Source of the DNA: Octopus sinensis
Lineage: Eukaryota
Assembly: GCF_006345805.1 (NCBI RefSeq)
Contig: NC_043012.1
Coordinates: 8,308,001-8,372,000 of the forward strand
Direction: 5' to 3'
Length of the DNA: 64,000 nt
A model generated the notes under the pieces. The model searched no databases. It worked only from the letters and a program-made list of their open reading frames with translations, and had not been told where the DNA came from. Shown one piece after another: positions 62,599 to 64,000 of this stretch. The first letter of the stretch is position 1. Every line of letters starts with the position of its first letter. The translations under genes were made by a program, and so were the position numbers.

Positions 62599-62689
62599 TA
62601 TATATGTACATATTGTACTGTAGTCTACTGAAGTGTACCGAAAGGGGCCAAATTGGCAGAATTCGGCTGAGTTGTGTCTTAGAATATCT

Positions 62690-62910
62690 CACATACATAC
62701 AATAATAATATTGGGTTCAAATTTTAACACAAGGAAGGGTAAGGTGATTACATTGACCCCAGTTCTTAACTGATAGTTATTTTATCAACTCTAAAAGGAC
62801 AAAAGGCCAAACTCGACCTCAGCAGAACTTGAACTCAGAACATAAAGATGAGTGAAATGTCTTAAATCATTTAGTCTGGCATGGTAACAATTCTGCTAGC
62901 TTGCTGCCAC
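62690..62910 (-). mobile_element. SINE-A', old and diverged
   Basis: gacccc..aaaaggacaaaaggc..gaactcagaac..aattctgctagcttgctgcc. Confidence 0.6.
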
Positions 62911-63398
62911 CTTACCTGCAGCAACAATATTGTGATTTCAATAATTACTATTATATCTTATATTAAATATTTATTTGATAGCTGGATTTTCAGAAACAAG
63001 ATAGTCTTAGAATACATACAACACACACACACACGCACGCATGCACGTACACACACAACACACACACACACACACACACACACCAGGTGTTGCAGTATAT
63101 GTGACAGATTACACCAGGTAACTTTTATTAACTTGTTCTTCCGTTTCATAACTGTCTAGTATTGGGGGAGGAAGGGAGGGCTTTATATCATACATCACAA
63201 TACTGGAACACATATACATACACTATAACACACACACACACACACACAAACATACACACACACAAATATATCACAAATAACAGACTCTATTACTTCCGCT
63301 AAACATTAATACAAATGTACATATACTCATATTTTGAGTTCTATTTTTCCTGTTTGCATCAACATCCCTATATATATATATATAGGGATGTATAATAT

Positions 63399-63479
<81 letters not shown>

Positions 63480-63536
63480 GGGATGTGTATATATATATAT
63501 ATATATATAGGGATGTATATATAAATATATAAAACT

Positions 63537-63670
63537 AAAACTGGCATGCCGTTGCTTATGATGATAAGAGTTCCAGTTGATCTGATCAACAGAACAGCTT
63601 GCTTGTAAGATTAATGTGCAAGTGGCTGAGTACTCCACAGATACTTGTACCCCTTCATATACTTCTCAGC
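63537..63670 (-). mobile_element. SINE-C/D tail 1 fragment
   Basis: ttccagttgatctgatcaacagaacagcttgc..gtggctgagtactccacagatac. Confidence 0.75.
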
Positions 63671-63678
63671 GAGGGCCT

Positions 63679-63874
63679 TCGTGCCGGTGGCACATAAAAG
63701 CACCCACTACACTCTCGGAGTGGTTGGTGTTAGGAAGGGTATCCAGCTGTAGAATCTCTGCCAGATCAAGATTGGAGTCTGGTGTAGCCATCTGGTTTGC
63801 CAGTCCTCAGTCAAATTGTCCAACCCATGCCAGCATGGAAAGTGGACGTTAAATGATGAGGATGATGATGATGA
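63679..63874 (+). mobile_element. RTE 3' terminal ~195 bp with (GAT)n tail
   Basis: Same family as 46705-46893. Confidence 0.85.
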
Positions 63875-63884
63875 TATATATATA

Positions 63885-64000
63885 TTCTTTTTTTTCTTTT
63901 ACTTGTTTCAGTCATTTGACTGAGGCCATGCTGGAGCACCGCCTTTAGTCGAACAAATCAACCCCAGGACTTATTCTTTGTAAGCCAGTACTTATTCTAT
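63885..64000 (-). mobile_element. SINE-B 3' end, cut by window edge
   Basis: ttttacttgtttcagtcatttgactgaggccatgctggagcaccgcc. Confidence 0.9.

Overview
This is AT-rich, repeat-dense animal intergenic or intronic DNA, most likely from an octopus. That assignment is an inference from the tRNA-derived SINE families and the extreme microsatellite load. I cannot support any intact protein-coding gene. Nearly all long ORFs in the track are microsatellite translations (HT/YI/CV/poly-X), and the rest are decayed transposon fragments. Retrotransposon remnants: a CR1/L2-type LINE 3' end, several RTE-clade lineages, and three R4/Dong-like restriction-endonuclease remnants. DNA-transposon remnants: an internally deleted mariner, two pogo/Tigger-like MITEs (one carrying a 12-copy, 56-bp array built from its own TIR motif), a GG-ended MITE family with 8-bp TSDs and internal TTAGGG repeats, and two back-to-back Helitrons with a PIF1-type helicase pseudogene. 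There are also about 40 copies of modular SINEs (my working labels A, A', B, C, D) and one 100-N assembly gap. Three observations stand out. (1) About eight hammerhead-ribozyme-like motifs lie in Penelope-like remnants, including one complete core with a very long stem II and a subfamily with a shared non-canonical CUGUUGA core. (2) The telomere-repeat MITE is repeatedly nested in one SINE family. (3) The SINEs mix heads and tails, and one tail keeps the stem-loop of the local LINE. Coordinates were read by eye and may be off by a few bases.
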